From positions 6,912,001-6,976,000 of the forward strand of contig OZ244561.1 of the NCBI GenBank assembly GCA_965217585.1: DNA of 64,000 nt. Direction: 5' to 3'. This document shows positions 18,868-29,531 of the stretch, in pieces. Made by a program: the position numbers and the translations under genes. The stretch's first letter is position 1; each line of letters opens with the position of its first letter. The notes beneath the pieces are model-generated. The model had not been told where the DNA came from and searched no databases. It saw only the letters and a program-made list of their open reading frames with translations. The stretch is from Candidatus Latescibacterota bacterium. Lineage in GTDB: Bacteria; Latescibacterota; UBA2968; UBA8231.

Positions 18868-20868
18868 TCAGCGGTAAAAGGGCGGCGGCCTCAGCAGGCA
18901 TTTGATGACGTGGGTGCCGGCGCTCATGTAGAGCACGCCGGGATCCCCTTCGGTCAGGGCGTAGAGTTCGGGCAGAGGCGGATCGTTGAGATAGGTCAGG
19001 ACGCGGGACGAGCCGTCGATGCGGAACAGGTCAAAGCGCGTCAGGCCGTAGATAAAGCCGTCGGAGGCGCAGATCAGCGGGAACATCTCCACCCCTTCGG
19101 GCACGCCCATCAATCGGGTACCCTCCGAGCGCAGGGGGCCTATCACTTCTTCTATGACAAACCGCTCCGGATCGAAAGCGAACAAGCGGCGGTTGTCCGT
19201 GGTGCCAAAAACTAGCCCCGAGGGGTGGACGGCCAAGCTGGTGACCGTGTTGGCCCCTTCCACCGGACGCAGTTGGCAAACGCGCTGTTTAGTCTGGGGG
19301 TCAAAGACGAATAACAAGCCGTCGCGGGTGGTGATTTCCGCGCCGCGGCCCCCGTAAATGCTGGTGCCACCGTACACATAGCGCTGGTCTGCGGCCACGC
19401 ATTGCACGCTTTGTTCGGGGTCGAGGTAGATTTCCCGGTGCTCGAGGCCGGTTGCGGGATCGTACGAGGCCAGGGAGCCACCGGGAATGCCATAATTGCT
19501 GCGGTTGGCCACATAAATGCGGCCGTCGGGGCCGGTCACCACTTCAAAGGGTCGGTTCTGGTTCTGGCCCAACTGTCCCCAGTTGCGCGGATTGCTGTCG
19601 CGCTCTGAGCCGGGATTCCACGGCCGACTCGGGTCGTACACGCCGATGTTGGAGCCGCCGTAGCTGCCGAGGTAGAGCTTGTCTTGGTGGGCGTGGACGT
19701 GGTAGAGTTCGCCGCCGGACCAAGTGAAACCCAAATCGTCTATTGCATCGGTAGCGGGATCTATGGCGCACAGGTGCATGCCGTAAATATTGGTGCCGTA
19801 GATCTTGCCCTCCGGCCCTCTACCCAAAGCGCATACCGCGCTACCACGGCTGCCTTGATAGACCTCAAAACTGCGTTCTTCCCGGTCGCCGGTATCGGGG
19901 TTTACAATAGTGGCGCGGCCCTCCTCGACTTGGGCGAAGACCAAATGGCCGTCTTTGCTCAGCCCCGCTATGCCGGCGAAAGGACCTTGGCAAATGGAGC
20001 GGATGTCCAAGGTCTGGGCATCGATAGCCACCAATTGATCCCCAGCCCAAGCGTACACCACCCCACGGTCAGTGGCGCGGCTATTGCGGCCCAAGGCTAA
20101 GGGCGCGAGCGCCGCGCTAGGGCTGTCGAGGCGGGCCACTTCGGTGAAATCGGCGTTGAGGACGCGCACTTGATCGCCAGCCGCCAAAAAGAGGCGATCC
20201 CCTTCGGATATAGCGCCGGCAATTCCCTCGGCTGCGGGCGGCACGTCGCTCAACTGACCGCTTTCCACATCGTAGATTTTGGCCGGGACGGCCGGATAGC
20301 CACTGAGTAGCAGCCGGCCGTCGGGCAGCAATTGGATGCGCACTAGGCGATCGGTGGGCGGGGCAAACGGACGGCAGAGTTTGTCAAAGCACCGCTTTTG
20401 CGGGTCGTAGCAGAACAGCTCGGCCAGTTCGTGGCCTCCCATGTACAACAGGCCATCGCGCTCCTCCATACACAGGAGGCGCTGATCGCCGGGAGCGGGA
20501 CGCCCCAGACTGCTGAAAGTGCGAACCTGGGCGTCAAAGACCATGAGATGGTGGCCGTGATCGGCCGACAGGCCGGACATGATCAGGGCGTAAATGGTGC
20601 CGTCTTGAGCCTGGAAGACCGGGCCGTGCTCGCGGCAGGGCATGGGAAAGACTTCCAAGCGGCCGGTGTCGAGGTCATTGCAAAAGTAGTGGGCCCCGTC
20701 TTGGGAGAATTCGGCACCCCAAGCCAAGGTGTGCCCATTGGCGGGGTCGTAGGTGATGGAGAAGCCGTTCCACACAGCACCGACAAAGGGGATGCCCAAG
20801 TCGTAATAGGCAACGCGCGGACGCGGGGCCGGCGGTAAGGTGGGAGCGCGGGAGGTGAGAGCTGGCAT
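18868..20868 (-). CDS. Hypothetical multi-blade beta-propeller protein
   Basis: Repeated 'DG.(I/L)Y.G...L..YDP' blades; no obvious signal peptide. Confidence 0.7.
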   Translation of the reverse strand: MPALTSRAPTLPPAPRPRVAYYDLGIPFVGAVWNGFSITYDPANGHTLAWGAEFSQDGAHYFCNDLDTGRLEVFPMPCREHGPVFQAQDGTIYALIMSGLSADHGHHLMVFDAQVRTFSSLGRPAPGDQRLLCMEERDGLLYMGGHELAELFCYDPQKRCFDKLCRPFAPPTDRLVRIQLLPDGRLLLSGYPAVPAKIYDVESGQLSDVPPAAEGIAGAISEGDRLFLAAGDQVRVLNADFTEVARLDSPSAALAPLALGRNSRATDRGVVYAWAGDQLVAIDAQTLDIRSICQGPFAGIAGLSKDGHLVFAQVEEGRATIVNPDTGDREERSFEVYQGSRGSAVCALGRGPEGKIYGTNIYGMHLCAIDPATDAIDDLGFTWSGGELYHVHAHQDKLYLGSYGGSNIGVYDPSRPWNPGSERDSNPRNWGQLGQNQNRPFEVVTGPDGRIYVANRSNYGIPGGSLASYDPATGLEHREIYLDPEQSVQCVAADQRYVYGGTSIYGGRGAEITTRDGLLFVFDPQTKQRVCQLRPVEGANTVTSLAVHPSGLVFGTTDNRRLFAFDPERFVIEEVIGPLRSEGTRLMGVPEGVEMFPLICASDGFIYGLTRFDLFRIDGSSRVLTYLNDPPLPELYALTEGDPGVLYMSAGTHVIKCLLRPPPFYR

Positions 20869-20952
20869 AGAGGCTCCTGTGGTTCTGGCGAGTGGGAGGA
20901 TTGGTCGTTTCAGGTAGAGTATGTACCAGCGCGTCGCCCTACCGATTGATTT

Positions 20953-21984
20953 TCACTTCGGTTTGTTCGCCCCGCAGGATTCCCGCACGACCAGAGACGA
21001 TTTCAAGGTTATTTGCCGAGGCGTCTCCTGCCCCTCAAGCTGTTCCAACATCAATTCCATCGCCGCTTGGGCAATCGCCTCGTAGGGAGTTGATAGTATG
21101 GTCAGGGCCGGCGTCAGATACGCCGCCACCTCCATACCGCCGTTTCCCACCACGGCCACATCCTCGGGGACGCGAAGACCTGATTCCCGTAGCCCGCGAC
21201 AAACGCCTATGGCCGTATAATTGTTCCGGCACACAAGGGCCGTAAACGTCCCGTCGCGGAGCCTTTCACGCAGGCGATACCCCGATTCTGCAGGAAGAAA
21301 GCCTCTAGCATGTATGCGTTTGGGGGTCAGACCGTGCTTTTGCATCGCCAGAAAATACCCCTTGGCCTTGGCTGAACCCACGCGGTTCCGATTCCAGTCC
21401 GATCCGATAAACCCGATCCGCTCGTGACCCAACCGGATCAAATGCTCTGTGGCCTCGTAAAAACTCGTTGTCTCGTCCAGCACGACTCCGCTCAGGTTTG
21501 GAATCGGGGCCGGGAAGGTCACCACGGGCATTCGTCCCCGCACGGCATCCGCAACGCGCTCGGGCTCTCCTTGGTATCCCCGCCAATTAATCAAGAGTCC
21601 GTCTATGCCCCGGGAAATCAACTGCTTGATCTGATGGATCTGGTCAGTCTGTGGCTTCTTAGAAAACCGATCAGCGGCCACGCCCATCACGACCTGATAA
21701 CCCTGCTTGCTAACCGCCCTCAGAATCTGGTCAGTCTGACTCAACTCCTCGAAGGTTTGGTAGGTCAGTAGACCGAGGGTACCGGTCTCGTGCGTGACCA
21801 TCCCCCGCGCCATCAAATTGGGACTGTAGTTCATCTGGTCGGCTGTTTGTTGCACTCGCCTTCGGGTCTTCTCCTTCACCAAGGCCGACACCTTCCGGTC
21901 CGGAGATAGAGCCCGTGAGACAGTTGAATACGAAATCTTCAACTGCCGTGCAATGTCTTTGATGGTAGCTTGCCTTTTCTTCAT
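20953..21984 (-). CDS. LacI family transcriptional regulator
   Basis: ATIKDIA...SYSTVSRAL HTH, YSPNLMAR, GHERIGFI, GLRVPEDVAVVG, LVVRESC. Confidence 0.93.
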   Translation of the reverse strand: MKKRQATIKDIARQLKISYSTVSRALSPDRKVSALVKEKTRRRVQQTADQMNYSPNLMARGMVTHETGTLGLLTYQTFEELSQTDQILRAVSKQGYQVVMGVAADRFSKKPQTDQIHQIKQLISRGIDGLLINWRGYQGEPERVADAVRGRMPVVTFPAPIPNLSGVVLDETTSFYEATEHLIRLGHERIGFIGSDWNRNRVGSAKAKGYFLAMQKHGLTPKRIHARGFLPAESGYRLRERLRDGTFTALVCRNNYTAIGVCRGLRESGLRVPEDVAVVGNGGMEVAAYLTPALTILSTPYEAIAQAAMELMLEQLEGQETPRQITLKSSLVVRESCGANKPK

Positions 21985-22304
21985 TAGCTAATCCCAATGC
22001 TATCAAGTATAAAGTAACCGTCCTAATCCTAACTAATATATAAATTTTATTGCTCACCGCTGTATCGTCTAGCGCAGCGGACCGGGGACGATGGGCGAGA
22101 CAGTACCAGCGCCTCGGCGTGCCCTATGGCTTGGACTACGCCGAGGCATCCGCCGGCTCGGCAGGGGTCGGTGGCATTTGTGAGATGGCTTCTAGAAGCG
22201 ATGAGCAAACGAGCTTGACCCGCGACCAACAAAATTCCTTTATTTGCCCTGCGTCTCGACCACGTGCTGGCCCTCCCCAGCAGAAAGAAGCTAGCGGTAA
22301 CTGT

Positions 22305-23594
22305 ATGAGAGCAATGACGAGGCGATCGCTGCTCCGTGCCGGCCTTACCGGTTGCTTGGTCGCCCCTTGGTGGCACGCGCTGCGGGCCTTTGCCGCCCGT
22401 CCCGCTGAGTCGCCTACAGCATCTGGCGTAACCGACACTGAGATTATCCTCGGCATGTCCGCCGCTTTCTCCGGCTCCTCCCGGGGGTTGGGCATCGAAC
22501 TCTATCGGGGTGCTGGCGCGTATTTTACCCACGTAAACGAACAAGGAGGCGTGGCTGGCCGCACCCTGCGGGTCAAAGCCTATGACGATGGCTACCAACC
22601 CGGCCCTTCAGTCAAAAACACCATGAAGCTGATGCTCGACGATCAGGTGTTTTTGCTGTTCGGCTACGTTGGCACGCCGACGGTGACGCGCGTGTTGCCC
22701 ATCCTCAAGAAATTCCAAGACCAGAACATCCTGCTATTCTTCCCCTTCACCGGCGCACAACCCCAGCGCGAACCACCCTATGGTGCCTTCGCCTTTAATC
22801 TGCGCGCCTCCTACCGCCAAGAAACGGCGGGTCTAGTCGATAATTTCGTGCGCGTCAACCGCCGGCGCATCGCCGTGTTCTATCAGGCCGATGCGTACGG
22901 CCGCAGCGGCTGGGCCGGCGTGCGAAGCGCCCTGAAAAAGCACGGCGAACAAATCGTCGGCGAGGCCACCTACCGGCGCGGCGAACGGTTCACCGGCACC
23001 ATGCGCAAACAGGTCGAAATCCTCAAGGCGGCCAAGCCCGAAGCGGTGATCTGCATCGGGGCCTATGCGGCCTGCGCGGCCTTTGCCCGCGATGCCGTCG
23101 ATCTCGGCCTGCAAGTGCCCTTTGCCAACCTGTCGTTTGTCGGCAGCGAAAATCTCCTCAAGCTGCTCACCGAGGGACGCGACGACAGCCAGCGCTATAC
23201 GCAATGGCTGGTAAACTCCCAAGTGGTACCCAGTTACGAAGACACCTCCATACCTGCGGTCCAAGAGTATCGCGACTTGATGAACCGCTACGCCCCGCAG
23301 GCTCCCGCAGAACTGCTGCAAGACCCCTACACGCCTTTTGACCACAGCTTCGTCAGTCTCGAAGGCTTTCTCAACGCCAAGTTGATGGTCGAAATTTTGC
23401 ACCGCCTCGGGGCCGAGCCGCAGCGCAACCAACTCGAAGATGCGGTGTTCTCCGTCGCGGACTTCGATCTGGGCATTGGCGAACAGGTCTCCTTTGGTCC
23501 CGACCGTCGCCAAGGACTCGAGCGAGTGTACTACACGGTTGTCGATGAAGGCCGCTTTGTCCCCCTGGACGATTGGCGTGCTAGGTTTGCATGA
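22305..23594 (+). CDS. Periplasmic binding protein type 1 (branched-chain amino-acid ABC/sensor-like), Tat-exported
   Basis: TRRSLL twin-arginine signal; GMSAAFSG, YDDGY.P, GYVGTPT, NLRASY, SLEGF. Confidence 0.88.
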   Translation: MRAMTRRSLLRAGLTGCLVAPWWHALRAFAARPAESPTASGVTDTEIILGMSAAFSGSSRGLGIELYRGAGAYFTHVNEQGGVAGRTLRVKAYDDGYQPGPSVKNTMKLMLDDQVFLLFGYVGTPTVTRVLPILKKFQDQNILLFFPFTGAQPQREPPYGAFAFNLRASYRQETAGLVDNFVRVNRRRIAVFYQADAYGRSGWAGVRSALKKHGEQIVGEATYRRGERFTGTMRKQVEILKAAKPEAVICIGAYAACAAFARDAVDLGLQVPFANLSFVGSENLLKLLTEGRDDSQRYTQWLVNSQVVPSYEDTSIPAVQEYRDLMNRYAPQAPAELLQDPYTPFDHSFVSLEGFLNAKLMVEILHRLGAEPQRNQLEDAVFSVADFDLGIGEQVSFGPDRRQGLERVYYTVVDEGRFVPLDDWRARFA

Positions 23595-24322
23595 TGATAA
23601 AAGTCCAAAAGCTCTTTAAGAAAACGCTGTTCGGCGTCTTTGCTCTATTTGGCTTGATCGGCCTATCGACCTCCATTCTGTGCGTCTATACGGTCGATAC
23701 GCACCTGTCGGCCGAATACGAGAGCAACAGCCGCGACATTGCCAAAACCATCGCCGATTCCAGCGTGGACATTCTCCTAAATCGCGACTTGTCGGCTTTG
23801 CAGTCGCTCATCGATCAGTTCGTCGAAATTCAGGGCATCAAGTACATCTACATCACCGACGAGGCCGGCGAGTTTCTCGCCCACACCTTTGTGCCGGGCA
23901 TTCCCGCAGAAATTCGCGCTAGCGATCCGTTTAATATGGACACGGTGGAGCGCAGCCTGCCTGGGATGGGCGATTTCGTCGAAGTGGGCAGTCCGATTCT
24001 CGCCGGCGTTGCCGGGACGGTTCACGTGGGCATGGACACCGGTCTGATTGCGCTAAAAATTCAACGCGCAATCGGCCAGCAGGTGTACCTCTTTTCCATC
24101 ATCCTCGTCGTCGGCGTCTTTGCCGCCATCTGGTTGGTCAATCTGGCGGCCAAGCCGCTGGGCGCACTTTTGGGCTATGCTGTGGGCATGGCGCGCGATG
24201 ACAACGATGAGAAACCCGCCGCCGACAACCTGTTGGCGCGCGACGACGAAGTTGGACACCTAGCTCGACTCTTCCTCTATGTTGCCGACAGAGGCCAGCG
24301 CTCGCCTGAAAGCGTAGAGTAG
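23591..24322 (+). CDS. 2-TM membrane sensor-like protein ending in a degenerate HAMP domain
   Basis: TM, periplasmic domain, TM, 'KPL..L....RDDEVG.LA..F'; no kinase or cyclase domain follows. Confidence 0.7.
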   Translation: MMIKVQKLFKKTLFGVFALFGLIGLSTSILCVYTVDTHLSAEYESNSRDIAKTIADSSVDILLNRDLSALQSLIDQFVEIQGIKYIYITDEAGEFLAHTFVPGIPAEIRASDPFNMDTVERSLPGMGDFVEVGSPILAGVAGTVHVGMDTGLIALKIQRAIGQQVYLFSIILVVGVFAAIWLVNLAAKPLGALLGYAVGMARDDNDEKPAADNLLARDDEVGHLARLFLYVADRGQRSPESVE

Positions 24323-24426
24323 GTCTCGACTCCCCGGCGATAATGTAGCCGCAGATGAACGCAGATTAGCGCAGAGGTGGAGTGAGGTCGCTCGATGCGA
24401 GTGATTGGCGATTGAGGTCTAGGAAA

Positions 24427-25736
24427 ATGGCGCAACAAAGGCTACTGATTCCGCGCTCGATCATGGCGCTGTTCTGCACGGTCCTGCAGGTCTGCTTTGG
24501 GACGGTGTACGCGTGGAGTTTCTTCCAAACGATCTTGGTGCGGCAATTGGGTTGGTCGTTCACGGAAACGGCTTGGGCTTTCAGCCTGACGATCCTTTCG
24601 CTGGGCACCTCGGCGGCTTGGGCCGGCGCGCTGCTGCCGAGGGTCGGACCGCGGCGCTTGGCCGTGACCGGCAGCGTCATGTTTGCAGGCGGCTACATGC
24701 TGGCGAGTCTGGCGCTGCACTGGGACATGCTCGCGCTGTTCTACGTGGGGTACGGCGTCATCGGAGGGGCGGGCATCGGGATGGGCTACGTGACGCCCGT
24801 GGCGACGGTGGCCAAGTGGTTCCCGGACAAAAAGGGCTTGGCGACCGGGATTGTCGTGATGGGGTTTGGGGTGGGCGCACTGCTGTTGAGCAAGGGCTTG
24901 GCACCCCTGCTCATAGTGCGCATGGAAGGCGATTTGTCGCTTGTCTTCTTGGGGCTCGGGTGATCTTCGCCTGTGTACTGATCCCCTGCAGCTTGGTGTT
25001 GAGCAATCCCCCGGTCGCCGTTGGAGCGGTTGCCGAACAGCCGCGCAACGACGAGTCCGACTCGGCTGCGCCTTATCTGCGCTCCTCCGAATTCGTTCTC
25101 ATGTGGACTGTATTCTTTTGTAACATCGCCGCCGGCATCTCCATCATCAGCTTTCAGTCGGAACTGCTGCAGGAAGTTTGGGGGCTGGCCGATCCAACGG
25201 TGGAGCCAGCGACGCTAGCCGAATATGGGGCGACGCTGATCGCCGTCAGTTCGCTGTGCAATGGCGTGGGCCGGCTGTTTTGGGGATTGCTTTCGGACCG
25301 GCTGGGGCGCGTCAGGGTCTTCAGAATTCTGCTCGCCAGTCAGATGGTCGTCTTTGGCATTTTGATGACCGAGCGCAATCCCTATGTTTTTTCGGCGCTC
25401 GTTTGTTATGTCCTCTTGTGCTTTGGCGGGGGCTTTGCCACCATGCCCTCTTTCGTACTCGATGTTTTTGGCCCGCAAAAGATGTCGACGATCTACGGAA
25501 CCATTTTGACGGCCTGGGCGGCGGCGGGAATCTGCGGGCCGCTGTACGTGGGGTACCTAAAGGATCAATATCCCGACCGGGCGTTCATCTATTGCTTCCT
25601 GATTGGTATTCTGATGCTTGGGCTTGGCTACGTATTCTCTTATTTGCTGAGCGACGACCGCATTCGCCTCCGCCGGCCGACCTTGGAGGATACGCTGCGT
25701 CAGTATGGCATTTTGCCCGTGGGGCAAGGTAGCTAA
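24427..25736 (+). pseudogene. OFA-family (oxalate/formate antiporter-like) MFS transporter, frameshifted near 24960
   Basis: N-half (GTVYAWS, KWFPDKKGLATG) and C-half (NGVGRLFWG.LSDRLGR, FGGGF, YGTILTAW) are in different frames; adding one G at CTCGGG|TGATC restores LGLGVIF. Confidence 0.8.
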
Positions 25737-25773
25737 ATTATACGAATGCAATTAAACAAGTGGAGTTTTAAAA

Positions 25774-26607
25774 ATGAATGAGGAACAGCGCTTTGCCTTT
25801 GACACGTGGGGCTTCCTCACGGTGGAGGATGCGATTACCCCCGAGCAGGTTGCAGACCTTAAGGCCACCGTCGATGCAAAGGGCCCAGAACTCCACTCGC
25901 AGCACGCGGACCGAGGTGGTTTCTGGTCCCAGGATTTCGTCGATTTACTGGACGTCCCGGTAATTTCGGAAATCCTAGCAGAGATCTACAGCGGCCAACG
26001 GGCCGGAGGCCTCCCCCCCTTCCGCATCGACCATATCAACGTGCACACGCACGGTACCTTCAACAAAAATCTCGCCGGGGGCACCATCCACGGCGGCAAC
26101 GGACGCTTGCTAGATCCCAATCGGCCGCATGAGCTAGTTACTCATTACTTCGCTCGCGATCCCGCAACCGGGACCTTTGCCAACGGTCTGGTCACCGTGG
26201 CGTACGAGCTGGAGGATACCGTGTGTAACGGGGGTGGGTTCGGCTGTTTGGCCGGCTCGCACAAGGGGCATTATCCCGTCCCGCAAGCGTGGGTCGATTT
26301 GTCCAAGGGCGTGCATCCGATGGTCACCCGCGTACCAGCCCGCGCCGGCAGTGCCATTATCTTCACCGAGGCCCTGTGTCACGTCACGCTGCCGTGGACG
26401 GCACCGAGCACGCGGACCACGCTCTTTTACAAATACATGGAGCGCGGGGAGACCTATTCCGGCCCGAACAACTTTTTTAGTCCAACGGACGCCGACCCAT
26501 GGCAAGGCGTGGACGAGCGCAAGCGCGCGATCTTGACGCCCCCACCGCAGGCATTTGTCGAGCGCAAGGCGGAGCTAGCTAAAAAAGCGGCGGACGCTTC
26601 GCAGTGA
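25774..26607 (+). CDS. Phytanoyl-CoA dioxygenase (PhyH) family Fe(II)/2OG enzyme
   Basis: FDTWGFL, GGF.CLAGSHK, AGSAIIFTEALCH, R..LFYKY. Confidence 0.85.
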   Translation: MNEEQRFAFDTWGFLTVEDAITPEQVADLKATVDAKGPELHSQHADRGGFWSQDFVDLLDVPVISEILAEIYSGQRAGGLPPFRIDHINVHTHGTFNKNLAGGTIHGGNGRLLDPNRPHELVTHYFARDPATGTFANGLVTVAYELEDTVCNGGGFGCLAGSHKGHYPVPQAWVDLSKGVHPMVTRVPARAGSAIIFTEALCHVTLPWTAPSTRTTLFYKYMERGETYSGPNNFFSPTDADPWQGVDERKRAILTPPPQAFVERKAELAKKAADASQ

Positions 26608-26629
26608 TCTAGGCGAGTCGGATCGCACT

Positions 26630-27808
26630 TCACGCCACGGTTTGAAACCGCTCCCACGCTTCGCCAGCGGCAGCCGCTTGGCGCTCCAGTTCGCTGCGCC
26701 AACCTACGACTTCCCCCGCTTTAATGCGTTGGGCATCAAACCCCGCGTACCGATCCTCGAGCGTATCCCCTAACTTCTGGGTCTCGGCCCAACGGTCCCA
26801 CGCCGTCTGCATCCACTCGTGCGGCAACGCCTCTCGCACCGCGGGATCGAGTTGCCACGCATTGCGCGCGTCCGCCACCGCCGGCTCCTCGGTGAACGGC
26901 CCCGACCACTTCGACCAACCGATGGACAAGGTATTGCGCTCGCGCTCGGGGACGGTGTGCCCGGTGTGGATCGTAGCCCCATTGCGGATGAGGGCCTCCC
27001 CAGGCTTGAGCCGGATCGACACTTGGCCCGGCAACGGGTCCTTCCTATTCCAACTGGGCGTGTGCGGCACTCCTTGGTCCTTCATCGCTTGCGGCAGCAG
27101 CACATCGTGCTCAAACGGCGTGCGCCAGCGATGGTGGGTGCCGGGGATGAGTTCGTGGCACTCGTCGTCAACCAGCGCCAAGAACATGCTCACGCCGTTC
27201 CGCTCGGTGAGCGCTTTGGCGTTATTGGCGCGGATTTCTTCCCAACGGGTTCTTTCGACTTCCTCGGAATAATCCTCAGTGCCCTCCCCTCGGTCGTCCC
27301 GCTGCGAAAAGTAGGGCTTACCCGCGCCCCACCACGTCACGTCGCGGTGCCAACTCGGCCCATTATCGTGCTGCCGGGGATTGCACCACAGCAGCAGACC
27401 ACTCAGCGACATATCTTCAGGCCCAAGCCCGTCGCACCACGAGGCGACGAAATTGAGGAAATCGTCCGAGCCGTGGAACTCGGCAAAGCAAGGCTCTGCA
27501 AAAGCGGGATGGACGAGGCCCCGGATCGCCCACGGCTCATTGCCGCCCGCGCGATGCACGTAGCCCTTTGAGCAGTCGATCTTGCTGTAGCCATGCTCTG
27601 GCGCGCACGCTTCGGTGACGCGACGGCCGGCCTCGCGGAGAATGGGGATCCACGGGTTATCGACAAAGTCGGTGATGATGACGAAACCATGATCCCGCAA
27701 GTGCGCCAACCGCTCGGGCGTGGCTCCGGGAGCGGCGAGTCCGGGCTTGGAGTCGGCAAAATCTGTGGCGCGGTAGGTCTCCTGCGCCGGAGATTGATCG
27801 GTAGTCAT
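26630..27808 (-). CDS. PhyH-like Fe(II)/2OG dioxygenase
   Basis: DHGFVII, WHRD, LIPGTH, LKPGE...NGATIH, ERNT. Confidence 0.8.
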   Translation of the reverse strand: MTTDQSPAQETYRATDFADSKPGLAAPGATPERLAHLRDHGFVIITDFVDNPWIPILREAGRRVTEACAPEHGYSKIDCSKGYVHRAGGNEPWAIRGLVHPAFAEPCFAEFHGSDDFLNFVASWCDGLGPEDMSLSGLLLWCNPRQHDNGPSWHRDVTWWGAGKPYFSQRDDRGEGTEDYSEEVERTRWEEIRANNAKALTERNGVSMFLALVDDECHELIPGTHHRWRTPFEHDVLLPQAMKDQGVPHTPSWNRKDPLPGQVSIRLKPGEALIRNGATIHTGHTVPERERNTLSIGWSKWSGPFTEEPAVADARNAWQLDPAVREALPHEWMQTAWDRWAETQKLGDTLEDRYAGFDAQRIKAGEVVGWRSELERQAAAAGEAWERFQTVA

Positions 27809-27972
27809 TTTGTACCCTCTCTTTCGACGGATGGGAAGGTTGGCCCTGTTTCGGGCCTAAGCTACGTTTGGCCTCATTAGCTTGTCAATAATTTTAACCT
27901 CGGACGTTTTGCGGCGGCGGATCATTTCGATAACGTAGATGTATCAGGCGGACAAACCGCAAAGGCAACAGA

Positions 27973-29415
27973 ATGCACAAAATCGTCTTTCTATTCCTCC
28001 TAGTGCTATACAGCACGCCGCTCCACAGCGACGAGGTTTTGCACCAGGAAGCCGTGGAGACCATGGCCAAAGCGACGCGCTATTTTCGCGGCCAAGTGGC
28101 CACCAACGGCGGCTATCTCTGGCTCTACAAAAGCGATTTTACCCAGCGCGAAGGGGAGGGCATCGCGTCGCCGACCACCATCTGGGTACAGCCCCCGGGC
28201 ACCCCGTCGGTCGGCATGGCGTTCCTCCGAGCCTACGAAGCCACCGGCGATACCCTCTTCCTCAACGGCGCAGTCGAGGCGGCGCAAGCCCTAATCTGGG
28301 GGCAACTGGCTTCGGGCGGTTGGGATTACCGGATCGACTTTGACCCAGAGAAGAGCAAAAACTGGCATTACCGGCGCGATGTCGAACAGGGCGACCGCAC
28401 CACCGACGAACGCCGCAACCGCACCACCTTGGACGACGACAATACGCAGAGCGCCCTGCGCTTGCTCATGCGGGTCGATCAGCGCCTCGATTTTGCCGAT
28501 GCGGACCTACACCGCGCCGTCCTCTACGGACTGGAGTCCTTGCTCAAAGCCCAATACCCCAACGGCGCCTGGCCCCAGCGCTACAGCAACTGGGCCGATC
28601 ATAGTCAATTCCCCGTCGAGCAGGCGCGCTATCCGGCGAGTTGGTCCCGCCAGTACCCCAAACAGCGCTACCTCGATTACTACACTTTTAACGACAACAC
28701 CATCGCCGACATCATTGCAACCATGATCGAGGCGCACAAAACTTATGGCGACGAGCGCTTTCGTCGCGCGGCCGAACGGGGCGGCGACTTCATTATCCTA
28801 GCCCAGATGCCCGACCCGCAACCGGCTTGGGCGCAGCAGTACAATTTGGCGATGGAGCCGGCTTGGGCGCGCAAATTTGAACCGCCCGCCATCACCGGTG
28901 GCGAGAGTTTTGGCGTGATGCAAATCCTGTTGGAACTCTATCTCGCATACGGTGAGCCGCGCTTTCTCGAACCTATTCCCCGCGCCTTGGCCTGGGCTAA
29001 AGCAGCGCAATTGCCCGATGGGCGCATGGCCCGGTTCTACGAATTGAAGACCAACCGACCTCTCTATTTTACCAAAGAATACGCGCTCACCTACAGCGAT
29101 GCAGACCTGCCGACGCACTATGCCTTTAAAGTGGGCAATCCCACGGATCGCATTGAAAGCCTGTACCAGCGCATCCGCGCCGAGGGCCGCGAAGCCATCC
29201 TAGCCGAACGCGCCCAAGTGCGCCCGGTCTCTGCGGAACGGATCCAAGCCGTTATCGATGCCCTCGACGCAGAAGGCCGCTGGCTAGAAGAAGGTCGCCT
29301 GCGAAACCCCGCAGACCGCCATGCGCCCATCGTCGCCCAAGTCATCTCCTGCCGCACCTTCAACCGCAATCTCACCCTCCTATCTCAATACGTGGCCAGT
29401 CATAATCGGCCGTGA
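27973..29415 (+). CDS. Pectate lyase, PL10-like, secreted
   Basis: Signal peptide; TLDDDNT, QYPNGAWPQRY, TFNDN, WAQQY, ARKFEP. Confidence 0.85.
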   Translation: MHKIVFLFLLVLYSTPLHSDEVLHQEAVETMAKATRYFRGQVATNGGYLWLYKSDFTQREGEGIASPTTIWVQPPGTPSVGMAFLRAYEATGDTLFLNGAVEAAQALIWGQLASGGWDYRIDFDPEKSKNWHYRRDVEQGDRTTDERRNRTTLDDDNTQSALRLLMRVDQRLDFADADLHRAVLYGLESLLKAQYPNGAWPQRYSNWADHSQFPVEQARYPASWSRQYPKQRYLDYYTFNDNTIADIIATMIEAHKTYGDERFRRAAERGGDFIILAQMPDPQPAWAQQYNLAMEPAWARKFEPPAITGGESFGVMQILLELYLAYGEPRFLEPIPRALAWAKAAQLPDGRMARFYELKTNRPLYFTKEYALTYSDADLPTHYAFKVGNPTDRIESLYQRIRAEGREAILAERAQVRPVSAERIQAVIDALDAEGRWLEEGRLRNPADRHAPIVAQVISCRTFNRNLTLLSQYVASHNRP

Positions 29416-29531
29416 TACGCGCTGGCACCAGCGGTGGCTTTTGGGCCGTATAGGAAACGCGTTTGTAAAGGGGATAGCATCGGGTATATCTTATCTTTTA
29501 TCGCTCACATCTTCCAATAGAGGGAGCCGTC

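Noticed and set aside
26634-26656. REP-like GTGGGAGCGGTTTCAAACCG on the minus strand
   Set aside because: Lies within the last codons of a CDS, appears once, and no RAYT transposase is nearby.
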